Below, in pieces: positions 22,980-30,771 of a DNA stretch of 64,000 nt. Position 1 is the stretch's first letter; each line of letters begins with the position of its first letter. The position numbers and the translations under genes were made by a program. Origin of the DNA: Pseudotevenvirus miller (taxonomy: Duplodnaviria > Heunggongvirae > Uroviricota > Caudoviricetes > Straboviridae); the IMG/VR virus record IMGVR_UViG_2706796139_000001, positions 114,895 through 178,894 of that record, one strand, 5' to 3'. The notes beneath the pieces are model-generated. The model was not told where the DNA came from. It did not search any database and saw only the letters and a program-made list of their open reading frames with translations.

Positions 22980-24278
22980 ATGAGTGATAAACACTACACA
23001 ATTCACAAGTTGATGCGTCAGTCTACGCTTCCGTCTGGTAAACGCGAAAAGGTTATCAACGAAGCAACAGGCACGACAGATATCAACGTACAGAACACGC
23101 GCCCAGAACTGGTTTCTTTGACTCGCGCTGTGAACAACCTGATCTATCATGAACTGGTTGCTGTACAAGAAACGGATTTACCAGTAGCTACCCTTTTCGG
23201 TGTTCGTTATCGCAACCCTAATGGGGATATGACTTTCTCCAGCGCTGCAACCTATTCAGGCCGAATCTCTGGACGTACAGGCATTGATGATATCGATCTG
23301 GCTAAAGCATACGTTAAAGGCGACTTATTCAAGCACGATGTCACTGACGTTGTTTATGAGGTTATCGCACCGATTACCCTGAACACACTGGATACTGATA
23401 AAGACACTGCGATCATGAAAGCAGTTTTCCAAAGCAAAATTCGTTTAGTTAGCGAGGCTGCGGATACTTCGAAGTATGAAACCAGTGAAGATATCGCATC
23501 AACTTCTTTCCAGATGGATCGCTGGAATATTCCGGTACGCTCGCGCAAGTTTAAAACCGAAATGACGGTTGAACTGATGCAGGATCTGGAAGCGAACCAG
23601 TTTGAAGCCGATGGGGTTATTGAAGATATCCTGGGAACCGTGGCAAGTGAAGAAGTAAACAAAGACATCATCCAGACTCTGATCACCGTATCTAAGCGTT
23701 ATAACGTTAACGGCGTTGTCACTGATGGTATTTTTGACGCTACCACTTCATACACTGCTGCTGATGCTCCGGCATTAGGTCGTATGCTGTATCAATTAGC
23801 GTGTGAAATGGGGCAGGAAATGAATAAAACCACTTCATTTGATGCTACCTACGTCCTTTGCTCCGCTCGCGTCACAGGCATTCTGGCTGCGTCTGGTTGG
23901 ATGACAGAAACTGATGAACAACACCCGCTGGCAACTGGCAAGCTACAGAACGGTTATTACGTCTATACCGACACCAATACACCGTTTGATTATCTGCTGA
24001 CAGGTTGTAAGTATGATCTGGGTGATATGGATCACGTTGGTTCTCTGTTCTTCACCCCGTACACCGAAGCCGACGAAGCAGGTTCAATCAAAGTATCCGT
24101 TGATCCGGCATCATTACAACCGAAAGTCGCTATTCTGATGCGTTACGGTCTGTCTGTGAACCCATATACAACTGATTCCGATTCTGAACGCCTGATCAAA
24201 GGTGATGATTGGTCTAACCTTGCAGGTAAATCTAAACTGAGTCAGATCGTAGGTGTTAAGTTACCTACACTGGGTTAA
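22980..24278 (+). CDS. 24: Capsid vertex protein gp24
   Basis: RPELVSLTRAVN.LIY, gp23-like fold motifs, VDP.SLQP...L.RYGLSVNPY; late promoter TGTAAATA 22933-22940. Confidence 0.92.
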   Translation: MSDKHYTIHKLMRQSTLPSGKREKVINEATGTTDINVQNTRPELVSLTRAVNNLIYHELVAVQETDLPVATLFGVRYRNPNGDMTFSSAATYSGRISGRTGIDDIDLAKAYVKGDLFKHDVTDVVYEVIAPITLNTLDTDKDTAIMKAVFQSKIRLVSEAADTSKYETSEDIASTSFQMDRWNIPVRSRKFKTEMTVELMQDLEANQFEADGVIEDILGTVASEEVNKDIIQTLITVSKRYNVNGVVTDGIFDATTSYTAADAPALGRMLYQLACEMGQEMNKTTSFDATYVLCSARVTGILAASGWMTETDEQHPLATGKLQNGYYVYTDTNTPFDYLLTGCKYDLGDMDHVGSLFFTPYTEADEAGSIKVSVDPASLQPKVAILMRYGLSVNPYTTDSDSERLIKGDDWSNLAGKSKLSQIVGVKLPTLG

Positions 24279-24299
24279 TCTTTATGTTTTGAGAAGACC

Positions 24300-24328
24300 A
24301 TTATAGTAATTAAGATCAGAAAGGTCAA
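24300..24328 (-). promoter_or_regulatory. Leftward sigma70-type promoter on left palindrome arm, firing antisense into gene 24
   Basis: Minus strand TTGACC (24328-24323) - 17 nt - TATAAT (24305-24300); no minus-strand gene downstream. Confidence 0.65.
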
Positions 24329-24513
24329 ATGAGCGAAGCGAATTTTCACGAACGAAGTGAGTGATAGGGTAAGAACTACATAATTATATTTTTATATTTA
24401 TATATAGAGAAAAATGTAGTTTTTGGTATGGTTTTTAACCAGATGTAAACCAACATTCACTCACTACGTTCGTTCATGTACTCGCTTCGCTCGTGGATTT
24501 GACTTCTTGATCT
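24313..24513. repeat. Long imperfect inverted repeat with AT-rich core (candidate replication origin)
   Basis: Six complementary blocks: AGATCA/TGATCT, GTCAAAT/ATTTGAC, GAGCGAAGCGA/TCGCTTCGCTC, GAACGAA/TTCGTTC, AGTGAGTGA/TCACTCACT, AACTACAT/ATGTAGTT around an almost all-A/T 24382-24413 core. Confidence 0.9.
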
Positions 24514-24526
24514 AACTGGTTATAAT
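24499..24526 (+). promoter_or_regulatory. Sigma70-type promoter of uvsY
   Basis: TTGACT - 16 nt - TATAAT upstream of RBS GAGGTG. Confidence 0.75.
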
Positions 24527-24549
24527 GTTACTTTGTTTTGAGGTGATTC

Positions 24550-24972
24550 ATGGCTGAACTAAAACTTGAAGATTTACAGGCTGAACTCGAAAAGGATATG
24601 TTGATTGATCCTCTGAAACTACAGAGTGAATCAGCAGATATTCCTAAGATTTGGTCAAAATGGCTTCGATATCATTCGAATGCTAAGAAAAAACTGATCC
24701 AGCTACAGGCCAGGAAAGAAGCAGACGTGAAAGAGCGTTTGTTGTACTACACTGGACGGCATGAAACTGAAATGACGGATGTCATTTACACAGGTTCAGG
24801 TGAAATTAAGATCGCGATCAACGGTGACCCGAAAATTGTTGAGGTTAACAAACTGATTCAGTATTTCGAACTGATTGCAGAATTCACCAGTAAGGCGCTG
24901 GACATTGTTAAGAACAAAGGATATTCTATCAAAAATATGTTGGAAATCCGAAAACTTGAGAGTGGTGCATAA
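24550..24972 (+). CDS. uvsY: Recombination mediator UvsY
   Basis: LEDLQ.EL.KD..ID..KLQ.E, SKWL, YY.GR, K..G..IK.M.E.R..E.G. Confidence 0.92.
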   Translation: MAELKLEDLQAELEKDMLIDPLKLQSESADIPKIWSKWLRYHSNAKKKLIQLQARKEADVKERLLYYTGRHETEMTDVIYTGSGEIKIAINGDPKIVEVNKLIQYFELIAEFTSKALDIVKNKGYSIKNMLEIRKLESGA

Positions 24973-24973
24973 A

Positions 24974-25153
24974 ATGTCAGAACAAGAAGACTGCAAATGT
25001 GTGGTTTGTAAAAATCCGATTCCTACTGCAACTGGGTTTGTAACTGAATCTGGTCGTGTGTGTGGTGTGATTTGTGCTCAGTATTTGATTGAGCGTAACA
25101 AAACCGGATTGAATGAAGCCGACGATCTGAACGAAGTTCAAATGTTGCTGTAG
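24974..25153 (+). CDS. uvsY.-2: UvsY.-2-like small Cys-rich protein
   Basis: CVVCK.PI, ends LNEVQMLL as in T4 uvsY.-2; start set at ATG 24974. Confidence 0.8.
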   Translation: MSEQEDCKCVVCKNPIPTATGFVTESGRVCGVICAQYLIERNKTGLNEADDLNEVQMLL

Positions 25154-25160
25154 GTGGAAT

Positions 25161-25208
25161 ATGAACGCAGAAGATGTTGACGTATTCGACGAACACCCAG
25201 ATTTTTAG
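25161..25208 (+). CDS. Possible 15-aa acidic micro-ORF MNAEDVDVFDEHPDF
   Basis: ATG with RBS-like AGGTGG just after uvsY.-2 stop; too short to confirm. Confidence 0.3.
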   Translation: MNAEDVDVFDEHPDF

Positions 25209-25424
25209 GGTAGGTAAAAAGTTGCCATAGGCAAGACAAATCAAATTATAGGACAAACTTACGGATAGCCTAACGCCGAGGTGAGAACGTTAACTTTTGT
25301 CTGAGGCGGGTTTGAGTTCGAAACGCAAGGATCGGACGCTCTAAATACTGGTGTACCCCTTGTGGGGCTTGTTAGAATAGCGGTGGAAGACACCGCGTTA
25401 TCAAATCAAACTAGTTTCAAAATT
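25209..25424 (+). ncRNA. Candidate structured non-coding RNA
   Basis: About 215 nt without a credible ORF; several hairpins; TCTAAATA late-promoter-like box at 25340-25347; ends at a terminator. Confidence 0.3.
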
Positions 25425-25460
25425 AAAAAGCCCCTTCCTTTCGGTTGGGGCTTCTTTTTT
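25425..25460. terminator. Bidirectional terminator between uvsY operon and uvsW.1
   Basis: AAAAAGCCCC...GGGGCTTCTTTTTT with A and T runs on both sides. Confidence 0.8.
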
Positions 25461-25689
25461 AGAACTTCTCTTCTTCTCCGCTTTCAAGTTCAGCTTTGAG
25501 TTCTTCACGCCGTCCTTTGATCGCGTCACGCATTGAAATGTCATCGGATGCAGCAACTTCAACTTCCTTGACCCGCGTATTGTAATACTTTTCTAATTCT
25601 TTCAAACCGTCCAATGTACGGCACGAAGCAACTTTATTCATGAAATCATCAATCGCGGCTTCGTTAACGAATTTAGCAAAACTTTTCAT
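25459..25689 (-). CDS. uvsW.1: UvsW.1
   Basis: IDDFM.KVASC.TLDGL.ELE.YY..RVKE, DDIS.RDA match T4 UvsW.1; directly after uvsW. Confidence 0.88.
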   Translation of the reverse strand: MKSFAKFVNEAAIDDFMNKVASCRTLDGLKELEKYYNTRVKEVEVAASDDISMRDAIKGRREELKAELESGEEEKF

Positions 25690-25698
25690 CTTAACCTC

Positions 25699-27198
25699 TT
25701 AAATGTCTACCTGTTTGATCACGTAGTCGAATCGTTCTTCATTGTAGATCCGTACACGTTCCATAGCATGTTTCATGCCGTAGTTGGTTGCACTATATTT
25801 ATTTTTGGCTGTCTTGGACTTCGACAGCGTAGCCAGGTTATCAACGATATCCCATACAGTAGCCAGCAATTTAGAACCATGCTTACGTAAAACACGTCCG
25901 ATTGACTGTTTAACCACAACAGCAGATTTGCAAGGATGCGCAAAAATGATGTGGTGTAGGTTCTTGATTGAGATACCTGTACTCAGTACGCCGATTGAAC
26001 CGATTACAATCAATCCTTTTGTGGATTCCGCAATCTTTTTCATTTCGTTGCGATCGTCAATCCCTGTATCACCGTTAATCAGTACAACGTTATCGTAAAC
26101 CTTGCTCAACTGCTCATACAACCATTTTCCGTGTTCTTTGTACCGGAACATAACGAATGTGTTTTCGTTCTTCTCGCGGGACAGTTTAAGCGCTAGTTTA
26201 AGCACCCACGCATTACGCCTCTTATGGCTGGTAACGTACTTGATTTCAGTCTGATAATCAGCACCTTTCAATTTCTTGATCTCTTCTTCTTTGTATCGAA
26301 GGAAGATAGTATTGATTCTCAGGTTGGTTACTTGTCCATCATCCATCAAACGACGCGTGTCAACTGGTTTAAAGACTTTACCGAACGCACCAATGTATTG
26401 CATCATGTTCGTTTTCCCTTCTTTCAGGGAACCGGATAAGCCCAGTTTGAAGATACATTGATCCATCGTGTCGATGATTTTTTTGATACTCAACCCTGTT
26501 GAGAGGTGGCATTCATCAACCATCAAGCACATGAACTGCTGGAACCACTCAGCAGGCATTTTAACCGCTGATTGCCAGGTGGAAACGTAAATCAACGCGT
26601 TACTGTTTTTCGCAGTACCTGAACGAATGCCTAACATTGCTGATTTCGGAAACAGTCGATAGTTCGCGATATCGTCGATCATTTGGTCAACAAGTGCGGT
26701 AGTCGGTACGATAATCAACACTTTACCGCTGTAATGTTCCAGACACCAACGGGAGATAAGACCCTGAATCAAAGATTTCCCCGCTGATGTAGGAAGGTTC
26801 AGCACACCGCGACGATTTTTGATACCGTGGAACACTGATTCTCTTTGATACCAGTACGGATCGATTTGTTTGTCACCGTCATAAACTGGATGTTCTGTAA
26901 TCCACTTGTCAAAATCTTCCTGTGTGATATCTTCTGTTTCATGGATCTTTGGATCAACCCAGATTGAATACCCGCGAGATTCTGCAAATTTTGATACCAG
27001 ATAGGCTAACCCATACGGAAGTTTACCGTTATAGTCCATCAGGTAAATGTACCCGTTCCATCCACCATATTTGTATTTGGCTTGATACTGATAGCCTGGG
27101 GGCTGGAATGAAAAATAGTCACGCAGTTCATAGACTATGTTAGCGTCTGCCTGAATCTGTACGTGGCTTGTATTTAAATATTTGACTTCAATATCCAC
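25699..27198 (-). CDS. uvsW: RNA-DNA/DNA-DNA helicase UvsW
   Basis: LPTSAGKS, VDECH, LSTGISIKNLHH, QSIGRVLRKH. Confidence 0.96.
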   Translation of the reverse strand: MDIEVKYLNTSHVQIQADANIVYELRDYFSFQPPGYQYQAKYKYGGWNGYIYLMDYNGKLPYGLAYLVSKFAESRGYSIWVDPKIHETEDITQEDFDKWITEHPVYDGDKQIDPYWYQRESVFHGIKNRRGVLNLPTSAGKSLIQGLISRWCLEHYSGKVLIIVPTTALVDQMIDDIANYRLFPKSAMLGIRSGTAKNSNALIYVSTWQSAVKMPAEWFQQFMCLMVDECHLSTGLSIKKIIDTMDQCIFKLGLSGSLKEGKTNMMQYIGAFGKVFKPVDTRRLMDDGQVTNLRINTIFLRYKEEEIKKLKGADYQTEIKYVTSHKRRNAWVLKLALKLSREKNENTFVMFRYKEHGKWLYEQLSKVYDNVVLINGDTGIDDRNEMKKIAESTKGLIVIGSIGVLSTGISIKNLHHIIFAHPCKSAVVVKQSIGRVLRKHGSKLLATVWDIVDNLATLSKSKTAKNKYSATNYGMKHAMERVRIYNEERFDYVIKQVDI

Positions 27199-27228
27199 TA
27201 TGATTACCCTATGTACAAAGTATATAGG

Positions 27229-27245
27229 TATTTATTGCCTAAATA
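27229..27245. promoter_or_regulatory. Divergent late promoters for uvsW and inh
   Basis: AATAAATA on minus strand (27236-27229) and CCTAAATA on plus strand (27238-27245). Confidence 0.55.
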
Positions 27246-27268
27246 TTGGATAAACACTGGAGATACAT

Positions 27269-27922
27269 ATGAAAATTGATTACGAAAAGGTTGATGGGTT
27301 CCGTACCCTCGACACAAAAGAACAGAAAGGCGCGTTAGCTGATTATGCTATGAACGTGTTTGCTGTTAAGCTGAACAAACAGAAATCCTTTGATAACATG
27401 CTGGCTGATCTGGTTGCGGCTTTGCCTGATGACGAAGAAAAGCAGGAACTGCTGATCGATTCACCAGAACCGGAAGTTCTGATTAAAGTTGGTGATATAA
27501 CAGTCACTTCTGACTCGATGCAAGTTGAGAAAGATACTCATGTTGATTTGTCTGCTGATTTCATGCAATACGTTAAAGACGTTGCTCCTTATGTCGCTGA
27601 CCAGATCACGCTAGTTACAGACGATGTAGAACCTCCTGTAAGCGATTCTAACGAGTCCAGACCCGATATGGCATGGCTGGATGGTTTTAGTCCTACAATC
27701 GTTCTGATGGGGCGTAGCGCTCGTTCTAATGGGTATTACACATGCCCCTGGTGGATTTACGATTGGATCAAGAAAAATCCTGATTGGTACAAAGATCCTG
27801 ACCAGTGTCCACACTACAGCGCAAGGGATACCCTCAAATCGCTGGTGTACTACATCAAGCGTGACGGACAAGTTACGGTGCGTGAAACTCGCAACAGTAG
27901 TTTCGACACCTTCAAATTTTAG
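27269..27922 (+). CDS. inh: Inhibitor of prohead protease / minor head protein Inh
   Basis: K.AL.DYA....KL.KQKSFDNM; Hoc-like C-terminal domain with PWWIYDWI and ETRNS. Confidence 0.88.
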   Translation: MKIDYEKVDGFRTLDTKEQKGALADYAMNVFAVKLNKQKSFDNMLADLVAALPDDEEKQELLIDSPEPEVLIKVGDITVTSDSMQVEKDTHVDLSADFMQYVKDVAPYVADQITLVTDDVEPPVSDSNESRPDMAWLDGFSPTIVLMGRSARSNGYYTCPWWIYDWIKKNPDWYKDPDQCPHYSARDTLKSLVYYIKRDGQVTVRETRNSSFDTFKF

Positions 27923-27944
27923 CACTTTTTGCTAATAAAACTTG

Positions 27945-27973
27945 TTGACCCTTACCCTGCTTTCGCGTATATT
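27945..27973 (+). promoter_or_regulatory. Sigma70-type early promoter
   Basis: TTGACC - 17 nt - TATATT. Confidence 0.75.
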
Positions 27974-28022
27974 TGTATTCGAAGGCGGGGGAAAGGCTCT
28001 CGCAGTGAAGAAGGAAAGCAAA

Positions 28023-28340
28023 ATGAAAAACGAAATGATGAAAAATGCTTATTACCCAGTTCTGTTTGTTTGGTCTGATGGTAAAGTGAAGAAAGTCGTC
28101 AATTCAAAAGCTCCTTATTACACTGTTGGTGAAGCTCTCCGTCATGCTGCTGAGGCTGATTATCCGGTATCTTTCGAACCTGGTTATGCTCGTTGGAATG
28201 GTTCAAAATGGGTTGCTGATACTTGGGATAATTACGAAGAAGAAAGAATGGAATGTGATCCTGATTACGTTTCTCGTCAGATGGAAGCACATATGATTGC
28301 AGATCGCCGTCTTGATAACGAAGCTCGCGGGTTCTGGTAA
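28023..28340 (+). CDS. Hypothetical early protein
   Basis: ATG 28023 after RBS AAGGA and promoter; upstream extension in the track overlaps the promoter. Confidence 0.75.
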   Translation: MKNEMMKNAYYPVLFVWSDGKVKKVVNSKAPYYTVGEALRHAAEADYPVSFEPGYARWNGSKWVADTWDNYEEERMECDPDYVSRQMEAHMIADRRLDNEARGFW

Positions 28341-28346
28341 AATTTG

Positions 28347-28367
28347 AAGGGGCGAAAGCCCCTTTTT
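28347..28367 (+). terminator. Intrinsic terminator
   Basis: AAGGGGC-GAAA-GCCCCTTTTT. Confidence 0.85.
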
Positions 28368-28379
28368 CATAGGTGAATT

Positions 28380-28943
28380 ATGTTGAATCATGAATTGTTG
28401 AAAGATTTAAGCGACGGTAAAGAGATCGGGAACGTTATATTCCTTGATATTGATGGAGTTCTAAATAATATGCGGTCTATGAAATTCGGTGAACATATGG
28501 ACATCGAATGTGCGCGACACTTGCGCCGGATCGTGAACCATGCAGATTGTGATATCGTTGTTTCTTCAACATGGCGTATAGGCAACACGACACACAACCT
28601 ACGTGAAATTCTGTACCCCTGGGGGCTTTATCGTGTCATCGGTCGAACCTGTAGTAATATGCAGGGTGCTTACCAGCGTGGGGATGAAATCAAGGCATGG
28701 ATCGATGCTTTCGGATGTAAGAACTATCTTATTCTGGATGATGACCGCGACATGTTACAGGAACAGAATGAACACTTCATTCGAACCGATCCTTACATTG
28801 GGTTGACAGAAGAACAATCGACCTTTGCGATCCGTAATATATTTGGAATAACAACCCCGTTTTGTCCTGAATGCAATGGCTACGGGCGCGTGAATGAATA
28901 TGATAAATGCGGTAGCTGCAACGGTAAAATTTTGCGTCTATAA
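28380..28943 (+). CDS. HAD-family phosphatase (Swiss-army-knife RNA repair-like HAD) with C-terminal Zn ribbon
   Basis: IFLDIDGVLN, IVVSSTWR, RGDEI, YLILDDD; CPECNG...CGSCNG. Confidence 0.8.
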   Translation: MLNHELLKDLSDGKEIGNVIFLDIDGVLNNMRSMKFGEHMDIECARHLRRIVNHADCDIVVSSTWRIGNTTHNLREILYPWGLYRVIGRTCSNMQGAYQRGDEIKAWIDAFGCKNYLILDDDRDMLQEQNEHFIRTDPYIGLTEEQSTFAIRNIFGITTPFCPECNGYGRVNEYDKCGSCNGKILRL

Positions 28944-28946
28944 ATA
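28939..28946 (+). promoter_or_regulatory. Late promoter for hoc
   Basis: Perfect TATAAATA. Confidence 0.75.
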
Positions 28947-28970
28947 TAGAAAAATTAAGAGGTTTCAATA

Positions 28971-29711
28971 ATGGCTACTGAAAAATGGACTACGGTTCAC
29001 CCTATCCCGTGGCGTAATACCAGTTTTACCTATCTCCCGTGGTGGATCTTCGATATCATCGTTGCTGCTAACACGGCTGGTGATGACTGGCGCGATTACG
29101 CAGAAGAAAAATATGCGAAAGAATTCGACACTCTGAAACAGGCATACATCGATTATACCGATGTTGATTTCATCGAATCTCGCAACGGTTATCTGTATAA
29201 ACTGAGTGATTTTACTCCGTCTGCTCCGGCTGTAACCATCACTCCTAAAACTGCTCCTGCTGATTTTAAAGTAGGTGATGCTGACCTGGCTGCAACAGAT
29301 CTGTTTACTATCGATCCTAGCGGTACTGCGATGACTCTGAGTGTTGATAGTTCCGGTCATGCTTCGATCGTTGGTGGCAAACTTCATGCAGTAAGTGAAG
29401 GTGACGTTGTTGTTACTGCAACCTCTGGTTCGGTTACTGCAACCCTGACTGTAAACGTTAAGGCACAACCAGTAACGATCGTCGCTAAATCTCCGGCTCC
29501 GACTCTGGCTGTAGGTGGTGCTGACCTGGAAGTTTCTGATATGTTTGATGTAACTCCGTCTGGTGCTTCTGTTACTCTGAGTGTTTCCAGCGGTGGATCT
29601 TTTGGTAGTATCGTAAGTAATAAACTCCACGCTCTTGCTGCTGGTGACGTAGTTGTTACTGCAACCTCTGGCTCTGTCGTAGAGACTATTACTATCACTA
29701 TAACTGCATAA
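28971..29711 (+). CDS. hoc: Hoc-like head decoration protein (capsid-binding domain N-terminal, two Ig-like repeats C-terminal)
   Basis: PWW and ESRNG capsid-binding motif; two Big-2-like repeats sharing GDVVVTATSGSV; late promoter. Confidence 0.8.
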   Translation: MATEKWTTVHPIPWRNTSFTYLPWWIFDIIVAANTAGDDWRDYAEEKYAKEFDTLKQAYIDYTDVDFIESRNGYLYKLSDFTPSAPAVTITPKTAPADFKVGDADLAATDLFTIDPSGTAMTLSVDSSGHASIVGGKLHAVSEGDVVVTATSGSVTATLTVNVKAQPVTIVAKSPAPTLAVGGADLEVSDMFDVTPSGASVTLSVSSGGSFGSIVSNKLHALAAGDVVVTATSGSVVETITITITA

Positions 29712-29722
29712 GAAGGTAAAAC

Positions 29723-30223
29723 ATGCTTCTATTCGAATTCAATGATGTATTCGCGAAGTTTAGTGACGCAATTCAAGCAAAGTTCGGAAAACGCCCCGAA
29801 AACATGACAGAAACAGAATATAATGATGCTGTTTCGTCCCTGGTTCGTACAGATTTTTATGAAAAACTGGCGATCGAGGTGTTAGGCTGGGACATGATGA
29901 AATGGGGTATGACTTATCGCGATCGCGAAGTCGGTTTCATTCTCGTCAACGAGGTTAAAAGCCCGTTATGGGTGAACAACCAAAAAGTTGCATACATGGA
30001 TAAAGTGTGCGCGGAAATGGGTATTGTACGTCTGGATTTTTGGACGTGTAAGGATCTGAATGAACTGAAAGGTCATGCTTATCGTTGCCCTCTGATTTCT
30101 CGCAATGAGAAACATCGTCAAGCATGGGATAGCGCTGGCAAGTATCGCAGTGTCTACCTGAACGATGATATTAACATCACTATCCAGGATGTGAACCGCG
30201 CCTTTGCGGATTACACACCGTAA
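29723..30223 (+). CDS. Degenerate HAD 5'-nucleotidase-like protein (catalytic Asp motifs lost)
   Basis: LLFEFNDVF in place of FFFDMDGVL; shares DFYEKL and QK with the 30258-30722 protein; LISRN in place of LIDD. Confidence 0.55.
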   Translation: MLLFEFNDVFAKFSDAIQAKFGKRPENMTETEYNDAVSSLVRTDFYEKLAIEVLGWDMMKWGMTYRDREVGFILVNEVKSPLWVNNQKVAYMDKVCAEMGIVRLDFWTCKDLNELKGHAYRCPLISRNEKHRQAWDSAGKYRSVYLNDDINITIQDVNRAFADYTP

Positions 30224-30225
30224 AC

Positions 30226-30259
30226 AAAAAAGGGAACCGCAATGGTTCCCTTTCTTTTT
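30226..30259. terminator. Bidirectional terminator
   Basis: AAAAAAGGGAACC-GCAAT-GGTTCCCTTTCTTTTT between convergent genes. Confidence 0.85.
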
Positions 30260-30722
30260 ATAACTTTCTTATTTCTTTTAACGCTTCTTCTTTGCTACCA
30301 ACGAAGAGGATCGCTTGTCCTCCGGCTTTTCTGAAAGGTAACACCGCTTTTGCTCTGTCGTCTATCAGTATGCCCTGACTCGCATAGGCTGCTTTGTCTT
30401 TGCTGCTTTTGGTGTAATGGAATTCAGGCAAGTATCCTAATTCTCTCAACAACGCTTTTTTCTTCTGCTCTGCTACTTCTTCTGAATCGTACTTCCCAAC
30501 ACTGGTCAAGATCGCAACCTGTCCCAATGTTTTCAGGTGGTGGAACAATTCGAACCCTTCTTTTAAAGGTTTCAATTTTTCGTAGAAGTCAATTTTTGCG
30601 ATTGTTTTTTTAGCCCTTTTCAGTTCTTCTTCTGGCATTCTCGCCGGATCACCATACATCGGTATGAAAGAACCTTCCCAATCAAACAGTACACCATCCA
30701 TATCAAAGAAAAACTTTTTCAT
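30258..30722 (-). CDS. HAD-family 5'(3')-deoxyribonucleotidase-like phosphatase
   Basis: FFFDMDGVLFDW, ILTS, LIDDR; true start ATG 30722 with RBS GAGG. Confidence 0.82.
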   Translation of the reverse strand: MKKFFFDMDGVLFDWEGSFIPMYGDPARMPEEELKRAKKTIAKIDFYEKLKPLKEGFELFHHLKTLGQVAILTSVGKYDSEEVAEQKKKALLRELGYLPEFHYTKSSKDKAAYASQGILIDDRAKAVLPFRKAGGQAILFVGSKEEALKEIRKL

Positions 30723-30771
30723 ATCAATTCCTCGCCTTGTGTGTGCATAATATTCATATATGTTCCCACTG

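Noticed and set aside
25305-25330. GTTCGAAA T-loop-like motif suggesting a tRNA
   Set aside because: No acceptor stem, D arm or anticodon arm can be built around it
25209-25424. Group I intron, hammerhead or c-di-GMP riboswitch
   Set aside because: No P7 GACUA/UAGUC, CUGAnGA core or GEMM consensus found; it does not interrupt a gene
27942-28022. Track N-terminal extensions (also 11767, 24875, 30809, 36750, 44631, 48197, 61612, 63652)
   Set aside because: They overlap promoters, terminators or upstream genes; downstream ATGs have better RBSs and match homologue N-termini where recognisable
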